Shown piece after piece: positions 47,507-62,050 of a DNA stretch of 64,000 bases. Each line of letters begins with the position of its first letter. Position 1 is the stretch's first letter. The translations under genes were made by a program, and so were the position numbers. The notes under the pieces were generated by a model. It was not told the origin of the DNA. It searched no databases and saw only the letters and a list, made by a program, of their open reading frames with translations. Origin of the DNA: Antedon mediterranea (taxonomy: Eukaryota; Animalia; Echinodermata); the NCBI RefSeq assembly GCF_964355755.1, contig NC_092680.1, positions 11,594,001 to 11,658,000 of the forward strand, given 5' to 3'.

Positions 47507-50500
47507 GTCTAAAACGTTTTTAAATACGATATTAAGCTGTTTTGTGCACTTTGATGATTTGTGTGAAAAGTTTTAACGAAATGCTCAAAATGGTCTAAAA
47601 CGGTTTCTAATGTGATTTTAAGCACTTTGATGTTTTTGTGTAACCAAGTTTTTTCGAAAATCACAAAATAGTCTAAAACGTCTCCAAATGCGATTTGAAG
47701 CTTTTCTAAGCACTTTGGTGTTTTTATGTTAACAAGTTTTTTCGAAAATCACAAAATGGTCTAAAACGTCTCCAAATGCGATTTGAGGATATTCTGAGCA
47801 CTTTGGTGTTTTTTTGTTAAAAAGTTTTTTCGAAAATAACAAAATGGTCTAAAACGTCTCCAAATGCGATTTGAAGCTATTCTGTACACTTTGATGTTTT
47901 GTGTGAAAAAGTTTTGTCGAAATGCTCAAAATGGTCTAAAACGTTTTTAAATACGATATTAAGCTATTTTGTGATCTTTGATGTTTTTGTGTGAAAAGTT
48001 TTATCGAAATGCTCAAAATGGTCTAAAACGGTTTCTATTGTGATTTTAAGCACTTTGATGATTTTGTGTAACCAAGTTTCATCGAAATGTACAAAATGGT
48101 CTAAAACGTCTCCAAATGCGATTTGAAGCTATTCTAAGTACTTTTGTGTTTTTATGTTAACAAGTTTTTTCGAAAATCACAAAATGGTCTAAAACGTCTT
48201 CAAATGCGATTTGAAGCTATTCTGTACACTTTGATGTTTTGTGTGAAAAAGTTTTGTCAAAATGCTCAAAATGGTCTAAAACGTTTTTAAAACGATATTA
48301 AGCTATTTTGTGCTCTTTGATGTTTTTGTGTAACCAAGTTTCAACGAAAATCACAAAATGGTCTAAAACGTCTCCAAATGCGATTTGAAGCTTTTCTAAG
48401 CACTTTGGTGTTTTTATGTTAACAAGTTTTTTCGAAAATCACAAAATGGTCTAAAACGTCTCCAAATGCGATTTGAAGCTCTTCTGTACACTTTGATGTT
48501 TTGTGTGAAAAAGTTTTGTCGAAATTCTCAAAATGGTCTAAAAGGTTTTTAAATACGATATTAAGCTGTTTTGTGCACTTTGATGATTTGTGTGAAAAGT
48601 TTTAACGAAATGCTCAAAATGGTCTAAAACGGTTTCTAATGTGATTTTAAGCACTTTGATGTTTTTGTGTAACCAAGTTTTTTCGAAAATCACAAAATGG
48701 TCTAATACGTCTCCAAATGCGATTTGAAGCTTTTCCAAGCACTTTGCTGTTTTTATGTTAAGTTTTTTCGAAAATCACAAAATGGTCTAAAACGTCTTCA
48801 AATGCGATTTGAAGCTATTCTGTACACTTTGATGTTTTGTGTGAAAAAGTTTTGTCGAAATGCTCAAAATGGTCTAAAACGTTTTTAAATACGATATTAA
48901 GCTATTTTGTGATCTTTGATGTTTTTGTGTGAAAAGTTTTATCAAAATGCTCAAAATGGTCTGAAACGGTTTCTAATGCGATTTGAAGCTATTCTGTACA
49001 CTTTGAAGTTTTGTGTGAAAAAGTTTTCTCGAAATGCTCAAAATGGTCTAAAACGTTTTTATATACCATATTAAGCTATTTTGTGCACTTTGATGTTTTT
49101 TTTGAAAAGTTTTATCGAAATGCTCAAAATGGTCTAAAACGGTTTCTATTGGGATTTTAAGCACTTTGATGATTTTGTGTAACCAAGTTTCATCGAAATG
49201 TACAAAATGGTCTAAAACGTCTCCAAATGCGATTTGAAGCTATTCTAAGTACTTTTGTGTTTTTATGTTAACAAGTTTTTTCGAAAATCACAAAATGGTC
49301 TAAAACGTCTTCAAATGCGATTTGAAGCTATTCTGTACACTTTGATGTTTTGTGTGAAAAAGTTTTGTCGAAATGCTCAAAATGGTCAAAAATGGTTTCT
49401 AATGTGATTTTAAGCACAAGCACTTTGGTGTTTTTATGTTAACAAGTTTTTTCGAAAATCACAAAATGGTCTAAAACGTCTCCAAATGCGATTTGAAGAT
49501 ATTCTGAGCACTTTGGTGTTTTTATGTTAAAAAGTTTTTTCGAAAATCACAAAATAGTCTAAAACGTCTCAAAATGCGATTTGAAGCTATTCTGTACACT
49601 TTGATGTTTTGTGTGAAAAAGTTTTGTCGAAATGCTCAAAATGGTCTAAAACGTTTTTAAAACGATATTAAGCTATTTTGTGCTCTTTGATGTTTTTGTG
49701 TAACCAAGTTTCATCGAAAATCACAAAATGGTCTAAAACGTCTCCAAATGCGATTTGAAGCTTTTCTAAGCACTTTGGTGTTTTTATGTTAACAAGTTTT
49801 TTCGAAAACCACGAAATGGTCTAAAATGTCTCCAAATGCGATTTGAAGATATTCTGAGCACTTTGGTGTTTTTATGTTAAAACGTTTTTTCGAAAATCAC
49901 AAAATGGTCTAAAACGTTTTTAAATACGATATTAAGCTATTTTGTGATCTTTGATGTTTTTGTGTGAAAAGTTTTATCGAAATGCTCAAAATGGTCTAAA
50001 ACGGTTTCTAATGCGATTTGAAGCTATTCTGTACACTTTGAAGTTTTTTGTGAAAAAGTTTTCTCGAAATGCTCAAAATGGTCTAAAACGTTTTTATATA
50101 CCATATTAAGCTATTTTGTGCACTTTGATGTTTTTTGTGAAAAGTTTTATCGAAATTCTCAAAATGGTCTAAAACGGTTTCTATTGTGATTTTAAGCACT
50201 TTGATGATTTTGTGTAACCAAGTTTCATCGAAATGTACAAAATGGTCTAAAACGTCTCCAAATGCGATTTGAAGCTATTCTAAGTACTTTTGTGTTTTTA
50301 TGTTAACAAGTTTTTTCGAAAATCACGAAATGGTCTAAAATGTCTCCAAATGCGATTTGAAGATATTCTGAGCACTTTGGTGTTTTTATGTTAAAAAGTT
50401 TTTTCGAAAATCACAAAATAGTCTAAAACGTCTCCAAATGCGATTTGAAGCTATTCTGTACACTTTGATGTTTTGTGTGAAAAAGTTTTGTCGAAATGCT

Positions 50501-52723
50501 CAAAATGGTCTAAAACGTTTTTAAAACGATATTAAGCTATTTTGTGCTCTTTGATGTTTTTGTGTAACCAAGTTTCATCGAAAATCACAAAATGGTCTAA
50601 AACGTCTCAAAATGCGATTTGAAGCTTTTCTAAGCACTTTGGTGTTTTTATGTTAACAAGTTTTTTCGAAAATCACGAAATGGTCTAAAATGTCTCCAAA
50701 TGCGATTTGAAGATATTCTGAGCACTTTGGTGTTTTTATGTTAAAAAGTTTTTTCGAAAATCACAAAATGGTCTAAAACGTCTCCAAATGCGATTTGAAG
50801 CTCTTCTGTACACTTTGATGTTTTGTGTGAAAAAGTTTTGTCGAAATGCTCAAAATGGTCTAAAACGTTTTTAAATACGATATTAAGCTGTTTTGTGCAC
50901 TTTGATGATTTGTGTGAAAAGTTTTAACGAAATGCTCAAAATGGTCTAAAACGGTTTCTAATGTGATTTTAAGCACTTTGATGTTTTTGTGTAACCAAGT
51001 TTTTTCGAAAATCACAAAATAGTCTAAAACGTCTCCAAATGCGATTTGAAGCTTTTCTAAGCACTTTGGTGTTTTTATGTTAACAAGTTTTTTCGAAAAT
51101 CACAAAATGGTCTAAAACGTCTCCAAATGCGATTTGAGGATATTCTGAGCACTTTGGTGTTTTTTCGTTAAAAAGTTTTTTCGAAAATCACAAAATGGTC
51201 TAAAACGTCTCCAAATGCGATTTGAAGCTATTCTGTACACTTTGATGTTTTGTGTGAAAAAGTTTTGTCGAAATGCTCAAAATGGTCTAAAACGTTTTGA
51301 AATACGATATTAAGCTATTTTGTGATCTTTGATGTTTTTGTGTGAAAAGTTTTATCGAAATGCTCAAAATGGTCTAAAACGGTTTCTATTGTGATTTTAA
51401 GCACTTTGATGATTTTGTGTAACCAAGTTTCATCGAAATGTACAAAATGGTCTAAAATGTCTCCAAATGCGATTTGAAGCTATTCTAAGTACTTTTGTGT
51501 TTTTATGTTAACAAGTTTTTTCGAAAATCACAAAATGGTCTAAAACGTCTTCAAATGCGATTTGAAGCTATTCTGTACACTTTGATGTTTTGTGTGAAAA
51601 AGTTTTGTCAAAATGCTCAAAATGGTCTAAAACGTTTTTAAAACGATATTAAGCTATTTTGTGCTCTTTGATGTTTTTGTGTAACCAAGTTTCATCGAAA
51701 ATCACAAAATGGTCTAAAACGTCTCCAAATGCGATTTGAAGCTTTTCTAAGCACTTTGGTGTTTTTATGTTAACAAGTTTTTTCGAAAATCACAAAATGG
51801 TCTAAAACATCTCCAAATGCGATTTGAAGCTCTTCTGTACACTTTGATGTTTTGTGTGAAAAAGTTTTGTCGAAATTCTCAAAATGGTCTAAAAGGTTTT
51901 TAAATACGATATTAAGCTGTTTTGTGCACTTTGATGATTTGTGTGAAAAGTTTTAACGAAATGCTCAAAATGGTCTAAAACGGTTTCTAATGTGATTTTA
52001 AGCACTTTGATGTTTTTGTGTAACCAAGTTTTTTCGAAAATCACAAAATAGTCTAAAACGTCTCCAAATGCGATTTGAAGCTTTTCTAAGCACTTTGGTG
52101 TTTTTATGTTTACAAGTTTTTTCGAAAATCACAAAATGGTCTAAAACGTCTCCAAATGCGATTTGAGGATATTCTGAGCACTTTGGTGTTTTTTTGTTAA
52201 AAAGTTTTTTCGAAAATCACAAAATGGTCTAAAACGTCTCCAAATGCGATTTGAAGCTATTCTGTACACTTTGATGTTTTGTGTGAAAAAGTTTTGTCGA
52301 AATGCTCAAAATGGTCTAAAACGTTTTTAAATACGATATTAGGCTATTTTGTGATCTTTGATGTTTTTGTGTGAAAAGTTTTATCGAAATGCTCAAAATG
52401 GTCTAAAACGGTTTCTATTGTTATTTTAAGCACTTTGATGATTTTGTGTAACCAAGTTTCATCGAAATGTACAAAATGGTCTAAAACGTCTCCAAATGCG
52501 ATTTGAAGCTATTCTAAGTACTTTTGTGTTTTTATGTTAACAAGTTTTTTCGAAAATCACAAAATGGTCTAAAACGTCTTCAAATGCGATTTGAAGCTAT
52601 TCTGTACACTTTGATGTTTTGTGTGAAAAAGTTTTGTCAAAATGCTCAAAATGGTCTAAAACGTTTTTAAAACGATATTAAGCTATTTTGTGCTCTTTGA
52701 TGTTTTTGTGTAACCAAGTTTCA
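47507..52723 (+). repeat. Second copy of the 5.2-kb block (paralogue of 16740-21956); includes most of the 12-mer pair at 50941-52998
   Basis: Same markers at -30767. S1 starts at 50941, 51970 and 52999. Confidence 0.9.
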
Positions 52724-55700
52724 ACGAAAATCACAAAATGGTCTAAAACGTCTCCAAATGCGATTTGAAGCTTTTCTAAGCACTTTGGTGTTTTTATGTT
52801 AACAAGTTTTTTCGAAAATCACAAAATGGTCTAAAACGTCTCCAAATGCGATTTGAAGCTCTTCTGTACACTTTGATGTTTTGTGTGAAAAAGTTTTGTC
52901 GAAATTCTCAAAATGGTCTAAAAGGTTTTTAAATACGATATTAAGCTGTTTTGTGCACTTTGATGATTTGTGTGAAAAGTTTTAACGAAATGCTCAAAAT
53001 GGTCTAAAACGGTTTCTAATGTGATTTTAAGCACTTTGATGTTTTTGTGTAACCAAGTTTTTTCGAAAATCACAAAATGGTCTAATACGTCTCCAAATGC
53101 GATTTGAAGCTTTTCCAAGCACTTTGCTGTTTTTATGTTAAGTTTTTTCGAAAATCACAAAATGGTCTAAAACGTCTTCAAATGCGATTTGAAGCTATTC
53201 TGTACACTTTGATGTTTTGTGTGAAAAAGTTTTGTCGAAATGCTCAAAATGGTCTAAAACGTTTTTAAATACGATATTAAGCTATTTTGTGATCTTTGAT
53301 GTTTTTGTGTGAAAAGTTTTATCAAAATGCTCAAAATGGTCTGAAACGGTTTCTAATGCGATTTGAAGCTATTCTGTACACTTTGAAGTTTTGTGTGAAA
53401 AAGTTTTCTCGAAATGCTCAAAATGGTCTAAAACGTTTTTATATACCATATTAAGCTATTTTGTGCACTTTGATGTTTTTTTTGAAAAGTTTTATCGAAA
53501 TGCTCAAAATGGTCTAAAACGGTTTCTATTGGGATTTTAAGCACTTTGATGATTTTGTGTAACCAAGTTTCATCGAAATGTACAAAATGGTCTAAAACGT
53601 CTCCAAATGCGATTTGAAGCTATTCTAAGTACTTTTGTGTTTTTATGTTAACAAGTTTTTTCGAAAATCACAAAATGGTCTAAAACGTCTTCAAATGCGA
53701 TTTGAAGCTATTCTGTACACTTTGATGTTTTGTGTGAAAAAGTTTTGTCGAAATGCTCAAAATGGTCAAAAACGGTTTCTAATGTGATTTTAAGCACTTT
53801 GATGTTTTTGTGTAACCAAGTTTTTTTAAAAATCACAAAATGGTCTAAAACGTCTCCAAATGCGATTTGAAGCTTTTCTAAGCACTTTGGTGTTTTTATG
53901 TTAACAAGTTTTTTCGAAAATCACAAAATGGTCTAAAACGTCTCCAAATGCGATTTGAAGATATTCTGAGCACTTTGGTGTTTTTATGTTAAAAAGTTTT
54001 TTCGAAAATCACAAAATAGTCTAAAACGTCTCAAAATGCGATTTGAAGCTATTCTGTACACTTTGATGTTTTGTGTGAAAAAGTTTTGTCGAAATGCTCA
54101 AAATGGTCTAAAACGTTTTTAAAACGATATTAAGCTATTTTGTGCTCTTTGATGTTTTTGTGTAACCAAGTTTCATCGAAAATCACAAAATGGTCTAAAA
54201 CGTCTCCAAATGCGATTTGAAGCTTTTCTAAGCACTTTGGTGTTTTTATGTTAACAAGTTTTTTCGAAAATCACGAAATGGTCTAAAATGTCTTCAAATG
54301 CGATTTGAAGATATTCTGAGCACTTTGGTGTTTTTATGTTAAAACGTTTTTTCGAAAATCACAAAATGGTCTAAAACGTTTTTAAATACGATATTAAGCT
54401 ATTTTGTGATCTTTGATGTTTTTGTGTGAAAAGTTTTATCGAAATGCTCAAAATGGTCTAAAACGGTTTCTAATGCGATTTGAAGCTATTCTGTACACTT
54501 TGAAGTTTTTTGTGAAAAAGTTTTCTCGAAATGCTCAAAATGGTCTAAAACGTTTTTATATACCATATTAAGCTATTTTGTGCACTTTGATGTTTTTTGT
54601 GAAAAGTTTTATCGAAATTCTCAAAATGGTCTAAAACGGTTTCTATTGTGATTTTAAGCACTTTGATGATTTTGTGTAACCAAGTTTCATCGAAATGTAC
54701 AAAATGGTCTAAAACGTCTCCAAATGCGATTTGAAGCTATTCTAAGTACTTTTGTGTTTTTATGTTAACAAGTTTTTTCGAAAATCACGAAATGGTCTAA
54801 AATGTCTCCAAATGCGATTTGAAGATATTCTGAGCACTTTGGTGTTTTTATGTTAAAAAGTTTTTTCGAAAATCACAAAATAGTCTAAAACGTCTCCAAA
54901 TGCGATTTGAAGCTATTCTGTACACTTTGATGTTTTGTGTGAAAAAGTTTTGTCGAAATGCTCAAAATTGTCTAAAACGTTTTTAAAACGATATTAAGCT
55001 ATTTTGTGCTCTTTGATGTTTTTGTGTAACCAAGTTTCATCGAAAATCACAAAATGGTCTAAAACGTCTCAAAATGCGATTTGAAGCTTTTCTAAGCACT
55101 TTGGTGTTTTTATGTTAACAAGTTTTTTCGAAAATCACGAAATGGTCTAAAATGTCTCCAAATGCGATTTGAAGATATTCTGAGCACTTTGGTGTTTTTA
55201 TGTTAAAAAGTTTTTTCGAAAATCACAAAATGGTCTAAAACGTCTCCAAATGCGATTTGAAGCTCTTCTGTACACTTTGATGTTTTGTGTGAAAAAGTTT
55301 TGTCGAAATGCTCAAAATGGTCTAAAACGTTTTTAAATACGATATTAAGCTGTTTTGTGCACTTTGATGATTTGTGTGAAAAGTTTTAACGAAATGCTCA
55401 AAATGGTCTAAAACGGTTTCTAATGTGATTTTAAGCACTTTGATGTTTTTGTGTAACCAAGTTTTTTCGAAAATCACAAAATAGTCTAAAACGTCTCCAA
55501 ATGCGATTTGAAGCTTTTCTAAGCACTTTGGTGTTTTTATGTTAACAAGTTTTTTCGAAAATCACAAAATGGTCTAAAACGTCTCCAAATGCGATTTGAA
55601 GATATTCTGAGCACTTTGGTGTTTTTATGTTAAAAAGTTTTTTCGAAAATCACAAAATGGTCTAAAACGTCTCCAAATGCGATTTGAAGCTCTTCTGTAC

Positions 55701-57061
55701 ACTTTGATGTTTTGTGTGAAAAAGTTTTGTCGAAATGCTCAAAATGGTCTAAAACGTTTTCAAATACGATATTAAGCTGTTTTGTGCACTTTGATGATTT
55801 GTGTGAAAAGTTTTAACGAAATCCTCAAAATGGTCTAAAACGGTTTCTAATGTGATTTTAAGCACTTTGATGTTTTTGTGTAACCAAGTTTTATCGAAAA
55901 TCACAAAATAGTCTAAAACGTCTCCAAATGCGATTTGAAGCTTTTCTAAGCACTTTGGTGTTTTTATGTTAACAAGTTTTTTCGAAAATCACAAAATGGT
56001 CTAAAACGTCTCCAAATGCGATTTGAGGATATTCTGAGCACTTTGGTGTTTTTTTGTTAAAAAGTTTTTTCGAAAATCACAAAATGGTCTAAAACGTCTC
56101 CAAATGCGATTTGAAGCTATTCTGTACACTTTGATGTTTTGTGTGAAAAAGTTTTGTCGAAATGCTCAAAATGGTCTAAAACATTTTTAAATACGATATT
56201 AAGCTATTTTGTGATCTTTGATGTTTTTGTGTGAAAAGTTTTATCGAAATGCTCAAAATGGTCTAAAACGGTTTCTATTGTGATTTTAAGCACTTTGATG
56301 ATTTTGTGTAACCAAGTTTCATCGAAATGTACAAAATGGTCTAAAACGTCTCCAAATGCGATTTGAAGCTATTCTAAGTACTTTTGTGTTTTTATGTTAA
56401 CAAGTTTTTTCGAAAATCACAAAATGGTCTAAAACGTCTTCAAATGCGATTTGAAGCTATTCTGTACACTTTGATGTTTTGTGTGAAAAAGTTTTGTCAA
56501 AATGCTCAAAATGGTCTAAAACGTTTTTAAAACGATATTAAGCTATTTTGTGCTCTTTGATGTTTTTGTGTAACCAAGTTTCATCGAAAATCACAACATG
56601 GTCTAAAACGTCTCCAAATGCGATTTGAAGCTTTTCTAAGCACTTTGGTGTTTTTATGTTAACAAGTTTTTTCGAAAATCACAAAATGGTCTAAAACGTC
56701 TCCAAATGCGATTTGAAGCTCTTCTGTACACTTTGATGTTTTGTTTGAAAAAGTTTTGTCGAAATTCTCAAAATGGTCTAAAACGTTTTTAAATTCGATA
56801 TTAAGCTGTTTTGTGCACTTTGATGATTTGTGTGAAAAGTTTTAACGAAATGCTCAAAAGGGTCAAAAACGGTTTCTAATGTGATTTTAAGCACTTTGAT
56901 GTTTTTGTGTAACCAAGTTTTTTCGAAAATCACAAAATGGTCTAAAACGTCTCCAAATGCGATTTGAGGATATTCTGAGCACTTTGGTGTTTTTATGTTA
57001 AAAAGTTTTTTCGAAAATCACAAAATGGTCTAAAACGTCTCAAAATGCGATTTGAAGCTAA

Positions 57062-60000
57062 TCTGTACACTTTGATGTTTTGTGTGAAAAAGTTTTGTCG
57101 AAATGCTCAAAATGGTCTAAAACGTTTTTAAAACGATATTAAGCTATTTTGTGCTCTTTGATGTTTTTGTGTAACCAAGTTTCATCGAAATCAACAAAAT
57201 GGTCTAATACGTCTCCAAATGCGATTTGAAGCTTTTCCAAGCACTTTGCTGTTTTTATGTTAACAAGTTTTTTCGAAAATCACAAAATGGTCTAAAACGT
57301 CTTCAAATGCGATTTGAAGCTATTCTGTACACTTTGATGTTTTGTGTGAAAAAGTTTTGTCGAAATGCTCAAAATGGTCTAAAACGTTTTTAAATACGAT
57401 ATTAAGCTATTTTGTGATCTTTGATGTTTTTGTGTGAAAAGTTTTATCAAAATGCTCAAAATGGTCTGAAACGGTTTCTAATGCGATTTGAAGCTATTCT
57501 GTACACTTTGAAGTTTTGTGTGAAAAAGTTTTCTCGAAATGCTCAAAATGGTCTAAAACGTTTTTATATACCATATTAAGCTATTTTGTGCACTTTGATG
57601 TTTTTTGTGAAAAGTTTTATCGAAATGCTCAAAATGGTCTAAAACGGTTTCTATTGGGATTTTAAGCACTTTGATGATTTTGTGTAACCAAGTTTCATCG
57701 AAATGTACAAAATGGTCTAAAACGTCTCCAAATGCGATTTGAAGCTATTCTAAGTACTTTTGTGTTTTTATGTTAACAAGTTTTTTCGAAAATCACAAAA
57801 TGGTCTAAAACGTCTTTCAAATGCGATTTGAAGCTATTCTGTACACTTTTATGTTTTGTGTGAAAAAGTTTTGTCGAAATTCTCAAAATGGTCTAAAACG
57901 TTTTTAAATACGATATTAAGCTGTTTTGTGCACTTTGATGATTTGTGTGAAAAGTTTTAACGAAATGCTCAAAATGGTCAAAAACGGTTTCTAATGTGAT
58001 TTTAAGCACTTTGATGTTTTTGTGTAACCAAGTTTTTTCAAAAATCACAAAATGGTCTAAAACGTCTCCAAATGCGATTTGAAGCTTTTCTAAGCACTTT
58101 GGTGTTTTTATGTTAACAAGTTTTTTCGAAAATCACAAAATGGTCTAAAACGTCTCCAAATGCGATTTGAAGATATTCTGAGCACTTTGGTGTTTTTATG
58201 TTAAAAAGTTTTTTCGAAAATCACAAAATAGTCTAAAACGTCTCCAAATGCGATTTGAAGCTATTCTGTACACTTTGATGTTTTGTGTGAAAAAGTTTTG
58301 TCGAAATGCTCAAAATGGTCTAAAACGTTTTTAAAACGATATTAAGCTATTTTGTGCTCTTTGATGTTTTTTTGTAACCAAGTTTCATCGAAAATCACAA
58401 AATGGTCTAAAACGTCTCAAAATGCGATTTGAAGCTTTTCTAAGCACTTTGGTGTTTTTATGTTAACAAGTTTTTTCGAAAATCACGAAATGGTCTAAAA
58501 TGTCTCCAAATGCGATTTGAAGATATTCTGAGCACTTTGGTGTTTTTATGTTAAAAAGTTTTTTCGAAAATCACAAAATGGTCTAAAACGTCTCCAAATG
58601 CGATTTGAAGCTCTTCTGTACACTTTGATGTTTTGTGTGAAAAAGTTTTGTCGAAATGCTCAAAATGGTCTAAAACGTTTTTAAAACGATATTAAGCTAT
58701 TTTGTGCTCTTTGATGTTTTTGTGTAACCAAGTTTCATCGAAATCAACAAAATGGTCTAATACGTCTCCAAATGCGATTTGAAGCTTTTCCAAGCACTTT
58801 GCTGTTTTTATGTTAACAAGTTTTTTCGAAAATCACAAAATGGTCTAAAACGTCTTCAAATGCGATTTGAAGCTATTCTGTAGACTTTGATGTTTTGTGT
58901 GAAAAAGTTTTGTCGAAATGCTCAAAATGGTCTAAAACGTTTTTAAATACGATATTAAGCTATTTTGTGATCTTTGATGTTTTTGTGTGAAAAGTTTTAT
59001 CAAAATGCTCAAAATGGTCTGAAACGGTTTCTAATGCGATTTGAAGCTATTCTGTACACTTTGAAGTTTTGTGTGAAAAAGTTTTCTCAAAATGCTCAAA
59101 ATGGTCTAAAACGTTTTTATATACCATATTAAGCTATTTTGTGCACTTTGATGTTTTTTGTGAAAAGTTTTATCGAAATGCTCAAAATGGTCTAAAACGG
59201 TTTCTATTGGGATTTTAAGCACTTTGATGATTTTGTGTAACCAAGTTTCATCGAAATGTACAAAATGGTCTAAAACGTCTCCAAATGCGATTTGAAGCTA
59301 TTCTAAGTACTTTTGTGTTTTTATGTTAACAAGTTTTTTCGAAAATCACAAAATGGTCTAAAACGTCTTTCAAATGCGATTTGAAGCTATTCTGTACACT
59401 TTTATGTTTTGTGTGAAAAAGTTTTGTCGAAATTCTCAAAATGGTCTAAAACGTTTTTAAATACGATATTAAGCTGTTTTGTGCACTTTGATGATTTGTG
59501 TGAAAAGTTTTAACGAAATGCTCAAAATGGTCAAAAACGGTTTCTAATGTGATTTTAAGCACTTTGATGTTTTTGTGTAACCAAGTTTTTTCAAAAATCA
59601 CAAAATGGTCTAAAACGTCTCCAAATGCGATTTGAAGCTTTTCTAAGCACTTTGGTGTTTTTATGTTAACAAGTTTTTTCGAAAATCACAAAATGGTCTA
59701 AAACGTCTCCAAATGCGATTTGAAGATATTCTGAGCACTTTGGTGTTTTTATGTTAAAAAGTTTTTTCGAAAATCACAAAATAGTCTAAAACGTCTCCAA
59801 ATGCGATTTGAAGCTATTCTGTACACTTTGATGTTTTGTGTGAAAAAGTTTTGTCGAAATGCTCAAAATGGTCTAAAACGTTTTTAAAACGATATTAAGC
59901 TATTTTGTGCTCTTTGATGTTTTTTTGTAACCAAGTTTCATCGAAAATCACAAAATGGTCTAAAACGTCTCAAAATGCGATTTGAAGCTTTTCTAAGCAA

Positions 60001-60234
60001 TTTGGTGTTTTTATGTTAACAAGTTTTTTCGAAAATCACGAAATGGTCTAAAATGTCTCCAAATGCGATTTGAAGATATTCTGAGCACTTTGGTGTTTTT
60101 ATGTTAAAAAGTTTTTTCGAAAATCACAAAATGGTCTAAAACGTCTCCAAATGCGATTTGAAGCTCTTCTGTACACTTTGATGTTTTGTGTGAAAAAGTT
60201 TTGTCGAAATGCTCAAAATGGTCTAAAACGTTTT
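57062..60234 (+). repeat. Tandem duplication of an 18-monomer unit, period 1553 bp
   Basis: AAATCAACAA at 57188/58741, with the GTCTTTCAAAT insertion and GATGTTTTTTTGTAACC in both copies. The summed monomer lengths equal 1553. Confidence 0.9.
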
Positions 60235-60389
60235 CAAATACGATATTAAGCTGTTTTGTGCACTTTGATGATTTGTGTGAAAAGTTTTAACGAAATGCTC
60301 AAAATGGTCTAAAACGGTTTCTAATGTGATTTTAAGCACTTTGGTGTTTTTATGTTAACAAGTTTTTTCGAAAATCACAAAATGGTCTA

Positions 60390-62050
60390 AAACGTCTCCA
60401 AATGCGATTTGAGGATATTCTGAGCTCTTTGGTGTTTTTTTGTTAAAAAGTTTTTTCGAAAATCACAAAATGGTCTAAAACGTCTCCAAATGCGATTTGA
60501 AGCTATTCTGTACACTTTGATGTTTTGTGTGAAAAAGTTTTGTCGAAATGCTCAAAATGGTCTAAAACATTTTTAAATACGATATTAAGCTATTTTGTGA
60601 TCTTTGATGTTTTTGTGTGAAAAGTTTTATCGAAATGCTCAAAATGGTCTAAAACGGTTTCTATTGTGATTTTAAGCACTTTGATGATTTTGTGTAACCA
60701 AGTTTCATCGAAATGTACAAAATGGTCTAAAACGTCTTTAAATGCGATTTGAAGCTATTCTAAGTACTTTTGTGTTTTTATGTTAACAAGTTTTTTCGAA
60801 AATCACAAAATGGTCTAAAACGTCTTCAAATGCGATTTGAAGCTATTCTGTACACTTTGATGTTTTGTGTGAAAAAGTTTTGTCAAAATGCTCAAAATGG
60901 TCTAAAACGTTTTTAAAACGATATTAAGCTATTTTTTGCTCTTTGATGTTTTTGTGTAACCAAGTTTCATCGAAAATCACAACATGGTCTAAAACGTCTC
61001 CAAATGCGATTTGAAGCTTTTCTAAGCACTTTGGTGTTTTTATGTTAACAAGTTTTTTCGAAAATCACAAAATGGTCTAAAACGTCTCCAAATGCGATTT
61101 GAAGCTCTTCAGTACACTTTGATGTTTTGTTTGAAAAAGTTTTGTCGAAATTCTCAAAATGGTCTAAAACGTTTTTAAATTCGATATTAAGCTGTTTTGT
61201 GCACTTTGATGATTTGTGTGAAAAGTTTTAACGAAATGCTCAAAATGGTCTAAAACGGTTTCTAATGTGATTTTAAGCACTTTGATGTTTTTGTGTAACC
61301 AAGTTTTTTCGAAAATCACAAAATAGTCTAAAACGTCTCCAAATGCGATTTGAAGCTTTTCTAAGCACTTTGGTGTTTTTATGTTAACAAGTTTTTTCGA
61401 AAATCACAAAATGGTCTAAAACGTCTCCAAATGCGATTTGAGGATATTCTGAGCACTTTGGTGTTTTTTTGTTAAAAAGTTTTTTCGAAAATCACAAAAT
61501 GGTCTAAAACGTCTCCAAATGCGATTTGAAGCTATTCTGTACACTTTGATGTTTTGTGTGAAAAAGTTTTGTCGAAATGCTCAAAATGGTCTAAAACATT
61601 TTTAAATACGATATTAAGCTCTTTTGTGATCTTTGATGTTTTTGTGTGAAAAGTTTTATCGAAATGCTCAAAATGGTCTAAAACGGTTTCTATTGTGATT
61701 TTAAGCACTTTGATGATTTTGTGTAACCAAGTTTCATCGAAATGTACAAAATGGTCTAAAACGTCTCCAAATGCGATTTGAAGCTATTCTAAGTACTTTT
61801 GTGTTTTTATGTTAACAAGTTTTTTCGAAAATCACAAAATGGTCTAAAACGTCTTCAAATGCGATTTGAAGCTATTCTGTACACTTTGATGTTTTGTGTG
61901 AAAAAGTTTTGTCAAAATGCTCAAAATGGTCTAAAACGTTTTTAAAACGATATTAAGCTATTTTGTGCTCTTTGATGTTTTTGTGTAACCAAGTTTCATC
62001 GAAAATCACAACATGGTCTAAAACGTCTCCAAATGCGATTTGAAGCTTTT
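60390..62050 (+). repeat. Local 1029-bp (12-mer) repetition ending in a B/D fusion monomer
   Basis: AACATGGTC at 60981/62010, AAAACATTTTT in both copies, and the fusion GAAGCTTTTCTGTACAC at about 62042-62058. Confidence 0.82.

Noticed and set aside
17771-53118. Four identical 66-aa ORFs on the - strand (17771, 42431, 48538, 52918)
   Set aside because: The identity reflects block duplication of the satellite. The printed peptide also does not match the DNA exactly at several residues, so I used these only as positional markers.
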